Of a stretch of DNA of 64,000 bases, positions 12,641 through 25,717 are shown one piece after another. The translations under genes were made by a program, and so were the position numbers. This DNA comes from Felis catus. Taxonomy: Eukaryota. The stretch spans positions 211,236,001 through 211,300,000 of the forward strand of contig NC_058368.1 in NCBI RefSeq assembly GCF_018350175.1, written 5' to 3'. How positions within the stretch are numbered: position 1 is the first letter of the stretch; every line of letters starts with the position of its first letter. Below the pieces are notes generated by a model. That model made no database searches, was not told where the DNA came from, and worked only from the letters and a program-made list of their open reading frames with translations.

Positions 12641-14239
12641 GTAAGGGGAAGGGCGACAGGTAAGGAATTTGTTACTCCGTTATGGATTTGCCAGTAGTCA
12701 AACTCAGTTTGAGTCTTCTTGGCTTTTGCACGCGTCCCGCAAAAGAAAGATGAGAAAATTTACAATACCCTGCTCGACTGAGTTTTTCAAACCAACTTTA
12801 ATTGAGTCATTCATAGCAGTAGGACTGGCCCTCGGGATCCTTGTGTTTCTGTGCTTTCCCTTGACCCTTCTTCCCATCCTCTTGCATCCAGAAGGAATGT
12901 TCTATCTATGCTTCCCTGCAGCCCTCCTCCTGCAACCAATGTCCCCTTCTCTCTTATTTTGTCCCTCCCAAGGGAAGACAGAGCTACCCCACAGAATAGC
13001 AGCTCTCAGGAGGTGGTCATCTGCTTCTGTATCCAAGGAATTACTCCAACTGACTTGCCCCAGATTCAATTTTCAGTATACGTGTGCTCAGCAACTGGAG
13101 CCATTATTTCAAAAATAAATAATCTGGGGAGTGAATACTTGAAGAGCAGTCTGAAGGCCAAGATCACAAGCACAAAGTTTGCAGAAGTCATTAGCAAAGC
13201 GAAACAAAGCCAACCTGAGAGCTGCTTCTTGCTTTGCATGATCAGCAGTGAGCTACGGGACAACTAGGCATAACTGTAGTGGCCTGGATGGTTTAGCAAG
13301 GGTGACAAAGGGAATCTTAGGACAAGAGATGGCTTGGCCAGGCCTGAGTTCAGCCCTCATCTTGGGTAATAATCTAGGGAATAGCTAATTAGGCTCATGG
13401 TTACCCAAGTCTTCCTGGTTTACCTACCACCACTCAAGAAGGAAGATCGGATTAGGGTTCTCAAGTGTTCACTTGCATATATATCATCCCATTGGTATCG
13501 TATCAGTGGCTTATCCTTAAAATCTAGAAAAGCTTCCAACACCAACCAGTACACGCTTGAATATTTTCTTCCTGCAGCAAATCATTGGAATGAGCATGGG
13601 CTGGGAACTGAATTCGATCTTAGCTTAAGAAACTCAGAAAGGCAACCCCACTGGCAAGTAGGAATAAATTAAATTCTAGTCATATAAATTACTTGAGATA
13701 CGAAGCCTTTAAGATGCTAAGTGCCAACTAATTCCTTTGTCGTGGGCTTTTTCTTACATTTTTAACATGTGAGGGCAAAACAGCAAAAACAAAAGAAGTT
13801 CTGAAATGAGCAGTTGCTATAATGAGAGCATTCACAAAAAAATGGAATCACTAAAGAGTAGGACCTTTAAAAAGTGAAATCAATGAGGGCATCGATTTCA
13901 CATGGGCTCTGGAAAACAAATTCTCTGGTGAAAAAAGTGTTGGGCCGTATTTTCCAAAACAATGGAAGGAGGGTTTATGGAACTCTCCTCCTATGGGGAG
14001 GGTCAAACCCTCCTATGACCCTACAGCATCCAGTGCTGGTAACAGGCCATAGAAGTTCATTTAAAAATCAGTGTGCACTACAGTACATTTTCTATCAGCT
14101 GGAGTCTCATCCAGTGATAACCTGCAGCACAGAATGACAATATTGGCAGATAATGTCTCAGAAATAGATTGTGTTGTTGTTGATCTTGTTACTGCCATTG
14201 AATAATATTTAGCGATGTTGAAGACACTTGAAAGGAGTG

Positions 14240-14462
14240 ATTCCCAACTGGCGGCTGTTTTGCCCCCCGCAGGATAGTTAGCAATTACAGGAAACATCTC
14301 ACATAGTGCAAGCTGGAGAGGAGGGTTGAGGGAATTACTGATGTTTAATGGGCAGGGGCCAGAAACGCTGCGAAGGCTCAGCATCCTACACACACACCCC
14401 ACTGCCAACAAAGAAGGATCTGGTCCAAAATACATAATGCTGAGGTTGAACAACTTTGCTTT
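14240..14462. mobile_element. MER20-like hAT DNA transposon relic
   Basis: CCCAACTGGCGGCTGTTTTGCCCCCC..GGGCAGGGGCCAGAAACGCTG..ATGCTGAGGTTGAACAAC resembles the MER20 consensus as recalled. Confidence 0.65.
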
Positions 14463-14889
14463 AAAGGATTCGTCGTAAACATTTTGTTGGCAGTTTTGTA
14501 CAAATAGTTTTTGATTAGAGGCGTTTCTCAGTATTATGTTTAGCTTAAAACCTTTGTAGATGATGTTTGTTTAGTAAGTACATATCATCCTTTCAGGAAG
14601 TACAATCACCCTTAGTTATTTCCTTAGTAACAAATAAGCATTAGGATTGGTGGCAAATTTTCCAGAGTTCACTTTTTTAGGTAACTGTAGATTATAATGC
14701 CAAAACACTATAGTTAACACGCACATCCCAAACCTGTCATGGAGAATTATTTGAGGAGGTAATAAATGAATAGAGAAAATATTACTGACCAGCAGGACTG
14801 AGATTAGGGGAAGACAAGTTGGTATCCAAGGCACCTCACTCTTAAGGAGGGATTCACAGACTTGTACTTAAAGGAACCTCAGAGTAAGT

Positions 14890-16680
14890 GCCTCCTTAAT
14901 TTTTTGAGACAGAGTACAAAACTCACCTTTGTACTCATTTTAAAATGTTCAATCCAGTGGTATTAGTTCATTCACAGTGTTCTTCAATGACCATCACTAT
15001 CTAGTTCCAGAATATTTTCACCACTCCAAATGGAAACTTCATACCCATTAACCAGTTACTCTGGATTTCCCACTCTACCCCAACTCCAGAGCAATCACTA
15101 ATCTGCTTTCTGTCTCTATAGATTTGCCTATTCTGGAAATTTCAAACATATGGAATCAGATAGTATATGGCCTTTTGTGTCTGGCTTCTTTCACTTAGTC
15201 TAATGTTTTCAAGATTCATCTATAGTCTACCATATGTCAGTACTTCCTTCCCTCTTATGGCGGAAGAGTCTTCCGTTATGTGGATATTAACCCATCATCA
15301 ACTGATGGATGCTTGAGTTGTTTCCACCTATTGGATGCTATGAGTAGTGTGCTATGAACACTCAGGCAGGAATTTTTGTTTGAGCACCTGCTTTCTTTCT
15401 TTTATATATGAAGTTTATTGTCAAATTGGTTTGCATACAACACCCAGTGCTCATCCCAACAGGTGCCCTCCTCAATACCCATCACCCACCCTCCCCTCCC
15501 TCCCAACCCCCATCAACCCTCAGTTTATTCTCAGTTTTTAAGAGTCTGTTATGGTTTGCCTCCCTCCCTCTCTTTTTTTTTTTTCCCTTCTTCTCCCCCA
15601 TGGTCTTCTGTTAAGTTTCTCAGGATCCACATAAGAGTGAAAACATATGGTATCTTTCTCTGTATGACTTATTTCACTTAGCATCACACTCTCCAGTTCC
15701 ATCCACGTTGCTACAAAAGGCCATATTTCATTCTTTCTCATTGCCACGTAGTATTCCATCGTATATATAAACCACAATTTCCTTATCCATTTATCAATTG
15801 ATGGACATTTCGGCTCTTTCCATAATTTGGCTATTGTTGAGAGTGCTGCTATAAACAATGGGGTACAAGTGCCCCTATGCATCAGCACTCTGTATCCCTT
15901 GGGTAAATTCCTAGCAGTGCTATTGCTGGGTCATAGGGTAGATCTATTTTTAATTTTTTGAGGAACCTCCACACTGTTTTCCAGAGCGGCTGCACCAGTT
16001 TGCATTCCCACCAACAGTGCAAGAGGGTTCCCGTTTCTCCACATCCTCTCCAGCATCTATGGTCTCCTGATTTATTCATTTTAGCCCTTCTGACTGGCGT
16101 GAGGTGATACCTCAGTGTAGTTTTGATTTGTATTTCCCTGATGAGGAGTGACGTTAAGCATCTTTTCATGTGCCTGTTGGCCATCTGGATGTCTTCTTTA
16201 GAGAAGTGTCTATTCATGTTTTCTGCCCATTTCTTCACTGGATTATTTGTTTTTCAGGTGTGGAGTTTGGTGAGTTCTTTATAGATTTAACTAGCCCTTT
16301 GTCCGATACATCATTTGCAAATATCTTTTCCCATTTCGTTGGTTGCCTTTTAGTTTTGTTGATTGTTTCCTTTGCAGTGAGCACCTGCTTTCATATCTTT
16401 TGAGTATATACCTAGGAGTGAAATTGATGACACAGTAATACTATATTTAAGTTTCTAAGTAACTTCCAGACTTTTTTGTACAATGGCTATACCATTTTAC
16501 ATTCCCATCAGCAATGTATGAAGGTTCCAACTTCTCTGATGTTCTTCCCAACACTTGTTATTTTTCATTTTTTGAATTCTAGCCATTCTAGCAGGTATGA
16601 ACTGCTCTCTCATTGTGGTTTTGACTTGCATTTCCCAATGGCTTTTGAGCATCATTCCTGTGCTTGTTGGTCATTTGTGC
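14890..16680 (-). mobile_element. Old L1M-type 3' fragment, interrupted by a younger L1
   Basis: TAATCTGCTTTCTGTCTCTATAGATTTGCCTATTCTGGAAATTTC..GGCTTCTTTCACTTAG and CCATTTTACATTCCCATCAGCAATGTATGAAGGTTCC are typical of old L1 3' ends. Confidence 0.75.
15396..16377 (-). mobile_element. 5'-truncated young carnivore L1 (about 1 kb; ORF2 C-terminus and 3' UTR)
   Basis: ORF2 zinc-knuckle fragments ([45 protein letters not shown]); 15-bp TSD TGAGCACCTGCTTTC at 15381-15395 and 16378-16392. Confidence 0.95.
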
Positions 16681-16867
16681 CTCCTTAAATTTTACATCTT
16701 TCTTGCTTCAACCTAACCTCAGTTCTTCTCACCAGCACCTGATACCAAACGCAAAGAGTCTCATAACCATGGTGGAGTGAAATAGTAGAGAAAGCTGCCT
16801 TTAAGTCATATAGTTCTGTGTTCAAATGCTACTTTTACTAAATATGTAGTTTCTTTCATATCTACAG

Positions 16868-17037
16868 TTGAACCAGACCCTCCTGTGAACCTGACTTTGG
16901 AGTTAAAACAGCCAGAAGACAAAAAACCGTATCTGTGGATGAAATGGTTCCCACCCACCCTGGTTGATGTAAGATCTGGTTGGCTCACACTCCAGTACGA
17001 AATTCGATTAAAACCCGAGAAAGCCACTGAGTGGGAG
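16868..17037 (+). CDS. PRLR: PRLR exon 6 (170 bp): (V)[56 protein letters not shown]
   Basis: ctacag| acceptor, |gtgagt donor; start of the FN3 D2 domain. Confidence 0.98.
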
Positions 17038-17489
17038 GTGAGTCAACTAGAAGCTTTTGGAAAGAACCAGGTCTTTGGCAAAGTTGAAGCCCTCACAGCT
17101 GAGAATAGATGACTCTCCCTCATTATTGGGCAACATGTTGCCCTCTGGATGCTGATGTGACCTAGTCAGATGTGGAAGTGCCTTCTCCCCTCCACTGGGA
17201 TTGATGGGAACTCATCTTCATAGCTCTCTAGGGCTAGTTCCTTGCACTGAACATCCTCTTCCACCAGATTTCCAACCCACTTCCCTCAGGATACCTTAGA
17301 TTAAGACACTCGTGAGTGTACCTACATGGCACTAAGTAGGAGGAAAACAATCTCAGTGTAACCCCTTCATGGTCAATGGTATTTTTATTCACTTTCAAAT
17401 ACTTCAATGTAAAGAAATAATACTGTAAATTATAGGCATTTTAATAGTTCACTCTAAAATATTTTTGTATACGTCTCTTTCAAAAAGGG

Positions 17490-17765
17490 AACATTTGATT
17501 TCACTCATATGTGGATTTAAAGAACAAAACAAATGAACAAAGAAAAAAGAGACAAACAAAACAACAGACTCTAAGCCACAGAGAACAAACTGGTAGCTGC
17601 CAGAGGAGAGGTGGGTGGGACATGGGTAAAATAGAGGGAGTTAAGAGTACACTTATTGTGATGAGCACTGACTAATGTATAGAATGATTGAAACATTATA
17701 TTGTACACCTGAAACTAATATAATGCTGTATGTTAAGTATGCTTAAACTTAAAAAAAAAAAAGAT
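17490..17765 (+). mobile_element. L1 3' end fragment with poly(A) tail
   Basis: TTCACTCATATGTGGA..GAGAACAAACTGGTAGCTGCCAGAGG..TGTACACCTGAAACTAATATAA..A-tail. Confidence 0.85.
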
Positions 17766-18745
17766 ACTCCAAACCCACTAGCAATGATAAAATTTTTAAT
17801 GGGAGCATTTCCAAACATAGCCAAAATAATAGGATCACACATAGAAAATTAATTAAAATTCCTTAATATCATTTAACAGCCAGTCCATATTTTAATTCCC
17901 CCCAATTGCTTCAAAATATGTCTGTAGAAGCTAGTTTGTCCAAACCGCAATCCACTCCAAGAACACACATTGTTACATCCTGGTTGTTATATCCCTTTGG
18001 TCTCAACGTGCTCAGGAGACTGGGCCACTTGTCCCATAGAATGTCCCACCTTTTGTATTTGTCTGATGAGTTCTCTGTGAGGTCATTTAGCTACTTTCTC
18101 TGCCCTGTATTTCCTGTACCCAGACCATTAGATCTAAAAATCTGATTATTCAGGTGGAACAATTTTCAGCAAGAGAACTTCAGAGGTGATATTATTTGCT
18201 TCATATTGCATCATACAAGGAGATGGAAATCATCTGGTCAACCCACTGTACCTGATGCTAAAACTGACTCTGGGATTAGAGAGATGACAACCTGATCCCT
18301 TGATTGTAAATTTATGTTTCATTTGTACAATATTGTTTCAACATCCTGAAGGTCCCGTTCTCTTTCATCTAGTAGTTTTACACCAATTGGTGATCCTTAA
18401 ATCAATGAAGTCATTAGGGTTTACAAAATAACAATTTTCCAGTTTTACTAAATGGCTGTCTCCCATAAAGTAGAATTTAGAAGGGGGTAGAGGATAGGAG
18501 GCAGAATATTTGCCTTTCTGACAGAGAGCTCCAAATGGAGAGACAGAAAACCCGTTACTTTTTGTGTGAGCAAAGCAAGGAGGAAAAGATGGGCTAAGAG
18601 GGTGGAATGGTGAGAACAGAGATTTCTTTACAAAATCTAGTTCGTTGGTCTCAGTTCTCCAACAGTCAGTTATCTAGAAGGAAAGTCTCTGAAGAAGCAT
18701 CACACAAGTTAGAGTGACTTCCCTGTTTTCCTTGTTTCTCTATAG

Positions 18746-18931
<186 letters not shown>

Positions 18932-18932
18932 T

Positions 18933-18934
18933 AA

Positions 18935-18979
<45 letters not shown>

Positions 18980-19169
18980 TTTGAGACAGAGAGCACATGT
19001 GCACACAGGAAGGGGAAGGGCAGAGAGAGAGGGAGAGAGAGAATCTCAAGTAGCTCTGCACTGTCAGCATAGAACCCCACGTGGACCTCAAACTCACTAA
19101 CTGCAAGATCATGACCTGAGCTGAAATCGAGAGTTGGACGCTTAACCAGCTGAGCCACCCAGGTGCCCC
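18933..19169 (-). mobile_element. CAN-SINE, antisense in PRLR intron 7, with a (GATT)n tail
   Basis: Reverse-complement SINE head (TGAGCCACCCAGGTGCCCC); TSD ACTCC(G/A)AAATATTTTT at about 18916 and 19171. Confidence 0.93.
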
Positions 19170-20440
19170 TACTCCAAAATATTTTTAAAACAGAAAGAAT
19201 TTAGTAAATTTGCATGTAATAACAACTAACAGAGAAACTATGTTAAGCCTTAGCCAGAAAAATAAGTAGAGGTGGGTTTACCATCTCTCCATCCAATACA
19301 AAGACATTTGAAAGTGTAGCACTGCTCTCTGGGTCACTGTCAGTGAAGACCAGTTTCTAGAATAAGGCTGCAAACATAGGCTTGGCATGTCTCAGAGGGC
19401 TTCATGCTCAGTCATTCTGCCCTCCCCATCTACCCTATCCCTATAATTTGGTCAAGGTCATCGTCTAGTTGTCCCCAAATTTGTAAAGTTACGGTATGCC
19501 ATCTCAAAGGCATGAACCCAATTTTCAGTCTGTGATGTCAGTTACATCTTGGTCTCTATGCAGAGGTACAGTATGGAAAAGGCACTCAATTCCAAGTGCC
19601 ATTAACCATGGGGGCTTCTGCTCCACAACAGAATGATTCATCTTGCATTTCTAAAGTGTGTTATGGTTTATGAACCATAAACCATACCAGGGTTGGAAGG
19701 TTTGGGCCCTTCCAACCCTCTCAGGTATTCAGAGAGAATACGATTACCATCAGGAATTAAAAGTGAGGAAACTGAAGCTCAGTGAGGTTAAAGTCTTAAC
19801 TCAGAACCACGTGACAAAGCCTACCTCTACTGACAACTTGCCTGGCCAAAGTATCAGGGCTTGCATTGGCTTGGCATACTGGAAAGAACACTGAACTGTG
19901 GGTCATCAGATTCACACATGCATCTCATTCAGCCCTCTCTCTTATTAAATAAATAAAAGCACCGGGTTTGGAAGCAGAAGGCCTGAGTTGCAATCCCGAC
20001 TACAATTTTATAGTTTACATGCTCATGGGGAAATCACTCTTCCAGCCTCCGTGTCGTCACCTTTACATACAAGACAATGTATGTAAAAAGCTTAACACCA
20101 TGGATGGCTTTAGTAAGAACTTAGTAAGTGACAGCCTTTATTATTATTACTGCAACAGAGCATGTGACCTTGAATTTCCTCTTTAAGGATCAAATAAAAT
20201 AATATGTAAAGGGATTTTGAAGTTTATAGAGTACTGTGAAATATACACACTATTAAAATTTAATAATAAAAAGTAAACCTGTCATCGATGCTACTCTATT
20301 TGGATTGCTGTTCAAATCAAAAGAGGTGTAGGTAAGGGGAGAGGGACTCTTTTGTTTAAAACTTGTGCTTATTAGTTTTGTTTGTTTGTTTTTAATGATG
20401 CTTTGATGTGATCAAAGCTTTCTGACTGTTTGCTTTTTAG

Positions 20441-20540
20441 ACGTCACCATGAAAGATACCATTGTGTGGATCTTTGTGGCTGTTCTTTCTGCTGTCATCT
20501 GTCTGATTATGGTCGTGGCAGTGGCTTTGAAAGGCCACAG
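20441..20540 (+). CDS. PRLR: PRLR exon 8 (100 bp), transmembrane domain: (D)[32 protein letters not shown](S)
   Basis: tttttag| acceptor, CAG|gtactt donor; 24-residue hydrophobic stretch. Confidence 0.97.
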
Positions 20541-21050
20541 GTACTTTACTGTCTATCATCCTTCCTCCCCATCATGGTTGTCAGGGATTGTGGCAAAAAA
20601 TACCGTATAAAAATAGTAGAAACCTACAGAAAATTCAAGCACTTCATTTAAGCCATTAGCTGCAATGTGTTCACCCACAAAAAAATCTTCTATCAGTGAT
20701 AGCAAAAGTAGCAGAACGGTCTCCTTTGAAGCTGGTGCTCTTTCCATCAGACTGAGGCTCCCAGTTATGAAATAGTAAAAATCTTCTAAGAACAACTAAA
20801 ATCAAGAGAAGCAAGAAATTCAAGTAATCCACTAATTTCAGAATCAGCGTCCTCTATTAGCCAGAGCTAATTGTGATGCAAGCCCTTAAAATGATTGCCT
20901 TCACCATTGATTGTTAGTCTCGTGGAGCCCCAGGAGTCTAACTCCTATCTACCATAGTCTGTAGCAGCCATTTGGAGAGGATACTAATCTTTCAAAAATC
21001 ACAAAGTGAGAAGGTGAGTCATCTATTCTTTTTCACAAATTATTTTATAG

Positions 21051-21120
21051 CATGGTGACCTGCATCCTTCCACCAGTTCCTGGGCCAAAAATAAAAGGAT
21101 TTGATACTCATCTGCTGGAG
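21051..21120 (+). CDS. PRLR: PRLR exon 9 (70 bp), Box1: [23 protein letters not shown]
   Basis: ttttatag| acceptor, |gtaagt donor; JAK2-binding Box1 ILPPVPGPK; ends in phase 0. Confidence 0.98.
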
Positions 21121-22774
21121 GTAAGTGGCAAAAGTGGGGAATGTAGTATGACCCTCTGCTTTGCAATGATTACCTTTACACATGCACACACAATTCCCAT
21201 CCGTTCAGCCTGGCCAGCTCAGTCCCTGCCCAGCGCGTCCCTGCTCTTCAGCAAGTGTGTTTACAGAAAGCTGGGTGGAGGCATGAGAGTACTTACCTTT
21301 GGGAGAGAAAGCCAAGAAAACATGAAGATACATAATAATGCTTACTAGGCCTACCAGGTGCGTATGCTCATAAGCACAGAAATAAACATTTTGCACAATC
21401 AATTAAGAAAAAGGGTAAATGTCTTACTTAATACAAAACAGGGACCCACCACCACCTCCCTTGTCATACGTGGGCTAAAGCTTTCACTCGAATGTTCTTC
21501 ACATGATTGCAATATCCTGCTGTGATTGTTGTTCACTTTGAGAGCGTTCAGTCGAAACTGGATCAGTACAGTGGGCTCGTGTTTGCCAGGCCCTGCCTAG
21601 ACTGATTCAAGGTGGAATTAAATTCAAGTGTTTTGAATAAAAAGAGGGGTTACATCATTTTAAACTTCTGTCCAGATTGAAATATATAGTTTCAGTTGGA
21701 CTCAATCTTAACACTGTTGTGTCTAAAAGCAATGATCTGCATTACATCACTTGACCCAGCCACTGTGAGACCAGCAATGCAAGAATGTGATAAGTGAGTC
21801 CCAGAGAATTTGGCTTGACTATACTCAGTTTGATTGCAAATATCGGAGAAGGGATTAGAGCCCCAGAATTTGGGCTCCTGGCCCAGTGCTCTTACCCCAC
21901 TATCTAGTCTCTAGTACTGACCTTCATAGAACCAGCATGAACTTCTCAACTAAGTAAATTAACTGCTGTCTAACTTGAAATTTGACCTTATAGCCACAGA
22001 AATGGAATAATAAAATAACTACTGTTTGGGTTACAAAAAAAAATTTGTTTTCACATCCTTAATCACAGTACCCTGATCTTCAAAAGAACTCCCAGATAGG
22101 TACTATTACTTCCATTTTACAGATGGAGAAAGTGAGGACCATAGAGCAGCTCATCCAAAGTCAATACCCTTTAATAAGGGATAGAGTCAAGACTTGGGCA
22201 CCAGTACGTGATCTAAGTCAAGGAATCAGGAAGAAGAGTGGGAAAGAAAAGGAAGCCAGAAGAAGAGGAAGGGGAGAAGGAGGAGAACAAAAAGGAGGAG
22301 AGGGAGGAGACTGGAACAGCAAGGAGGGATGAGAATCTGCTTACTACTGCCAGACTCCAGAAGGTGGTGGACTTGGTTAGGAGGCCAGCAACCAGATCTC
22401 AGGGCCAGTGGGTCCCAGAGCACTGAAGCCATGCGTGAGCACTGTGGATTTCATGTTTCACAAACCTCTTATCTGTTAGGCATGTGTTTATTATTTGTGC
22501 ATATACTACCTGCCAGTTGAACTCATAATCATTATGGCTTAGGGAGAAACTAAGTTAAAATCATGAATTGACTGAAAGAAAACTATGAGGTGAGTAGTAG
22601 CCCAGGAGGTGGTTATACATAGCCTGGTACACAAACATCTAACATTTGGGAAATTCTGCTAGGCCGTTAGCACATCCCACTTGCCCATAGTCATGACCAC
22701 TGGCTTGGCTGTGATGTCGACATGGAATGTCAGGAAGCTAACGGCCATCTCTCCTTGTGTCTGTGTTTGAATAG

Positions 22775-23797
22775 AAGGGCAAGTCTGAAGAACTGCTGAG
22801 TGCCCTGGGGTGCCAAGACTTCCCTCCCACTTCTGACTGTGAGGACTTACTGGTGGAGTTTTTAGAAGTGGATGACAGTGAGGACCAGCAGCTGATGCCA
22901 GCCCTTTCAAAAGAACACCCGGGTCAAGATAGGAAGCCCACACCCCTGGACCCAGACAGTGACTCTGGCCGGGGCAGTTGCGACAGCCCTTCCCTTTTGT
23001 CTAAAAAGTGTGAGGAAGCCCGGGCAAATCCCTCCACATTTAACACTCCCGAGGGCATTGAGAAGCCAGAGAATCCCCAGACAAATGCTACCCGCACCTG
23101 GGACCCCCAGAGCACACGCTTGGAAGGCAAAATCCCCTCTTTCCCTGCCAATGGATCCAAATCTTCAACATGGCCTTTACCACAGCCCCCCAGCCATCCC
23201 AGCCCCAGATCTTCTTACCACAACATTGCTGATGTGTGCAAGCTGGCCATGGGCCCAGCAGGTGCATCGGCCACTTCGTTGGACAAAACAGACACACATG
23301 CTTTAAGATCTCCAAAAAATGTTGAGACTGGAGGGGAGAAAGTGGCAGTTGAGCAGAGGGCAGTGGAAAGCTTCCATTCCAAGACTGACCGAGGCACAGC
23401 ATGGCTGTTGACCCGGGAGAAAACCTCTTTGATCTCTGTGAAACCCTTGGACTATGTGGAGATTCACAAAGTTAACAAAGATGGAGCACTATCATTGCTC
23501 CCAAAACAGAAAGAGAACGGCAACCAGACAGACAAGCCCAGCACTCCTGAAACCAGTAAGGAGTATGCCAAGGTGTCCAGGGTGATGGATAACAACATCC
23601 TGGTGTTAGTGCAGGATCCGCAAGCTCAAAACCTGGCTTCATTTGAAGAACCAGCCAAGGGGGCTCCACCGCCCCTTCAACCGAATCAAGCTGAAGAAGA
23701 CCTGGCCTCCTTCACGTCGGCACCAAGCAACTGTGGACTCCAGCAGGGTGGGTTGGATTACCTGGATCCCACATGTGTTATGCACTCCTTTCAGTGA
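22775..23797 (+). CDS. PRLR: PRLR exon 10 coding part (long-form intracellular domain, [32 protein letters not shown]...[16 protein letters not shown]). Joined CDS is 1875 nt, 624 aa
   Basis: gaatag| acceptor; uninterrupted frame to TGA at 23795-23797; Box2 region, DSGRGS phosphodegron, [14 protein letters not shown] and the terminal DYLDP STAT5-docking tyrosine are all present. Confidence 0.98.
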   Translation, partial: KGKSEELLSALGCQDFPPTSDCEDLLVEFLEVDDSEDQQLMPALSKEHPGQDRKPTPLDPDSDSGRGSCDSPSLLSKKCEEARANPSTFNTPEGIEKPENPQTNATRTWDPQSTRLEGKIPSFPANGSKSSTWPLPQPPSHPSPRSSYHNIADVCKLAMGPAGASATSLDKTDTHALRSPKNVETGGEKVAVEQRAVESFHSKTDRGTAWLLTREKTSLISVKPLDYVEIHKVNKDGALSLLPKQKENGNQTDKPSTPETSKEYAKVSRVMDNNILVLVQDPQAQNLASFEEPAKGAPPPLQPNQAEEDLASFTSAPSNCGLQQGGLDYLDPTCVMHSFQ

Positions 23798-25717
23798 TAG
23801 CTTGATTAATGGAACGATTGGTTAAAATGTGACTTTTTTTCAGGTAACACTACAGAGTACAGGAAATGCACTCTCCTAGAGAATGCTCGAGAGCGTGGTT
23901 AGATTGACACTATACAGCCCACAGTTCATTCGTTTTCATGCTCCATTTTCAACCAGCTGCCTCTTTCTCCAACAGCTGATTCCAGAACAGATCGCTTTGC
24001 TTCCTGTGATTTGTACATTTACTTTTTGCTATTAGTTACAAAATTATGTGTTCAATGAAATAAAAGCGCATCGTTTAGTATTCTCGAGGGACAGTACCGA
24101 CACGTATATCCTCTGGAAGAGACTTTCACGGTTTGGTGTGTGACAAAAGGAAATGAGAGAGTCACGGTTGTTTACCACAGGAAGATGACAGGTGTGAGAG
24201 ACAAATGCCATGAAAACCACTTTTGAAAACCAACGAACCTTTGCTTGACCTTTGTTTGACCTTTACTTGACCTTTGCACTCCTCTCTCGTTTTATTAGGA
24301 TGAACCGAACACATTTAAAGAAAGTATGCATTCCAGAACACCTGACAAATTGTTTACATCAGTTCCTATCACCTTAGTGATACATTGCCAATATGCAAGC
24401 CAAAATGATGCCTCCAATTTTTTCTTAAAATGGTTTGAATTTATTAAGCGTGGGTTTTCCCCCCTAAATTGTATTTTATCCTAAAGCCTCTAGAGAATAT
24501 AGTTTTGGAAAATGGAATTTTCTTACATTACAGGTAAATGAGTTTCATGTGGTAAATTCTTCTAAAATGTTTTCCTGTTTCATTTCAGCACACGAGATAA
24601 TTTATTAAACTCCCTAGTCTTCTGTTAGGTAAAAAAAAAAAAAAACCCGGAAGACTAACGTTAATTTAAAAGATAATCACAGCAGGATGCTAATGGAAAT
24701 ACTGCCTTACTGTACATATGAATTCTACTTTAATAGAAACCCATAAGTTTCACAATGTATTTTTGAAGACTATTTTTCTATCACTTAGGTAAAATAAAAG
24801 ACTATTTTCTATCTTCCCAGTACAACTGTTTACGTATTTAATGCGTACAGTATTTTCTGCTATGAGGTTACAATGAGTATTTGCAGTACATAGTAGTACA
24901 TGCAGTCCCTGTTTGTGGAGGAAAATGCCATCCCAACCCAAAGTCCATTGAAGATTACGAAGTGAATGATTATATTCAGTTTCCAGCATAGTATGGTGTA
25001 GTTTATCTGATTTGTTTTTTATTTCCATGACACTTGAAACAGTCGCCAGCCTAGAGTTTTAGGGCTTTCCACAGACCATAAATTACTTCTGTGATTTAGG
25101 GCTTGTCTGGGCTTTCTGCTCTTCTCTGGGTGAATATTCATAAAACCACCATGAAAAGGTGAGTGGTGACCTCTCACGTACTGTTTTAGAGAGAGGGTTT
25201 GGTTTCGTTTGGTTTGCTTCTGAGAAATCTTGGGCAGCAAAGAAAATTTAAGCAAAGCCAGAAGTTAGTATCTCTCTGAAGTAGATCCATTTGCGAAATC
25301 TTGGCAGAGGAATAAAGGTCAAGGTGTGGAAGTAAGAATCTCCAAGTCTGCTCCAGGGGCAGCCTTCCCAAGAGCAGTCCAAAGCCTGGCCCTCCATTTT
25401 GAAAAGAGCATTCATGACTCATCAAAAAGCCTCCCTCTGTTTTTCATTTCACCTGCTGGCGGACCCATTCTCTGTTCACTCACTAGCTGGATATAGTCGA
25501 TTTGAGCTCACCTCTATGAGTTCAGTATCCCACCCCAGCAACCCCATACTCACTGGAAGTGGACTCCGAGGTGGCCGGATGTTCGGAAGTGAACATGTCG
25601 CTAGCTTCCAGAACTGCAAAAGTAAATAGATCTGAGTTCCTCTTCTCCCAGTATAGAATAACAAGAAGAGCGAAGGTATTCTGTGGGAAAGTTGCCCGTG
25701 TGCATTCAGTCCTCTAG

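Noticed and set aside
22853..23797. 314-aa ORF as a stand-alone gene, or a truncated SLICK-like PRLR allele
   Set aside because: It is PRLR exon 10; the frame starts at the acceptor (22775) and runs intact to the normal C-terminus
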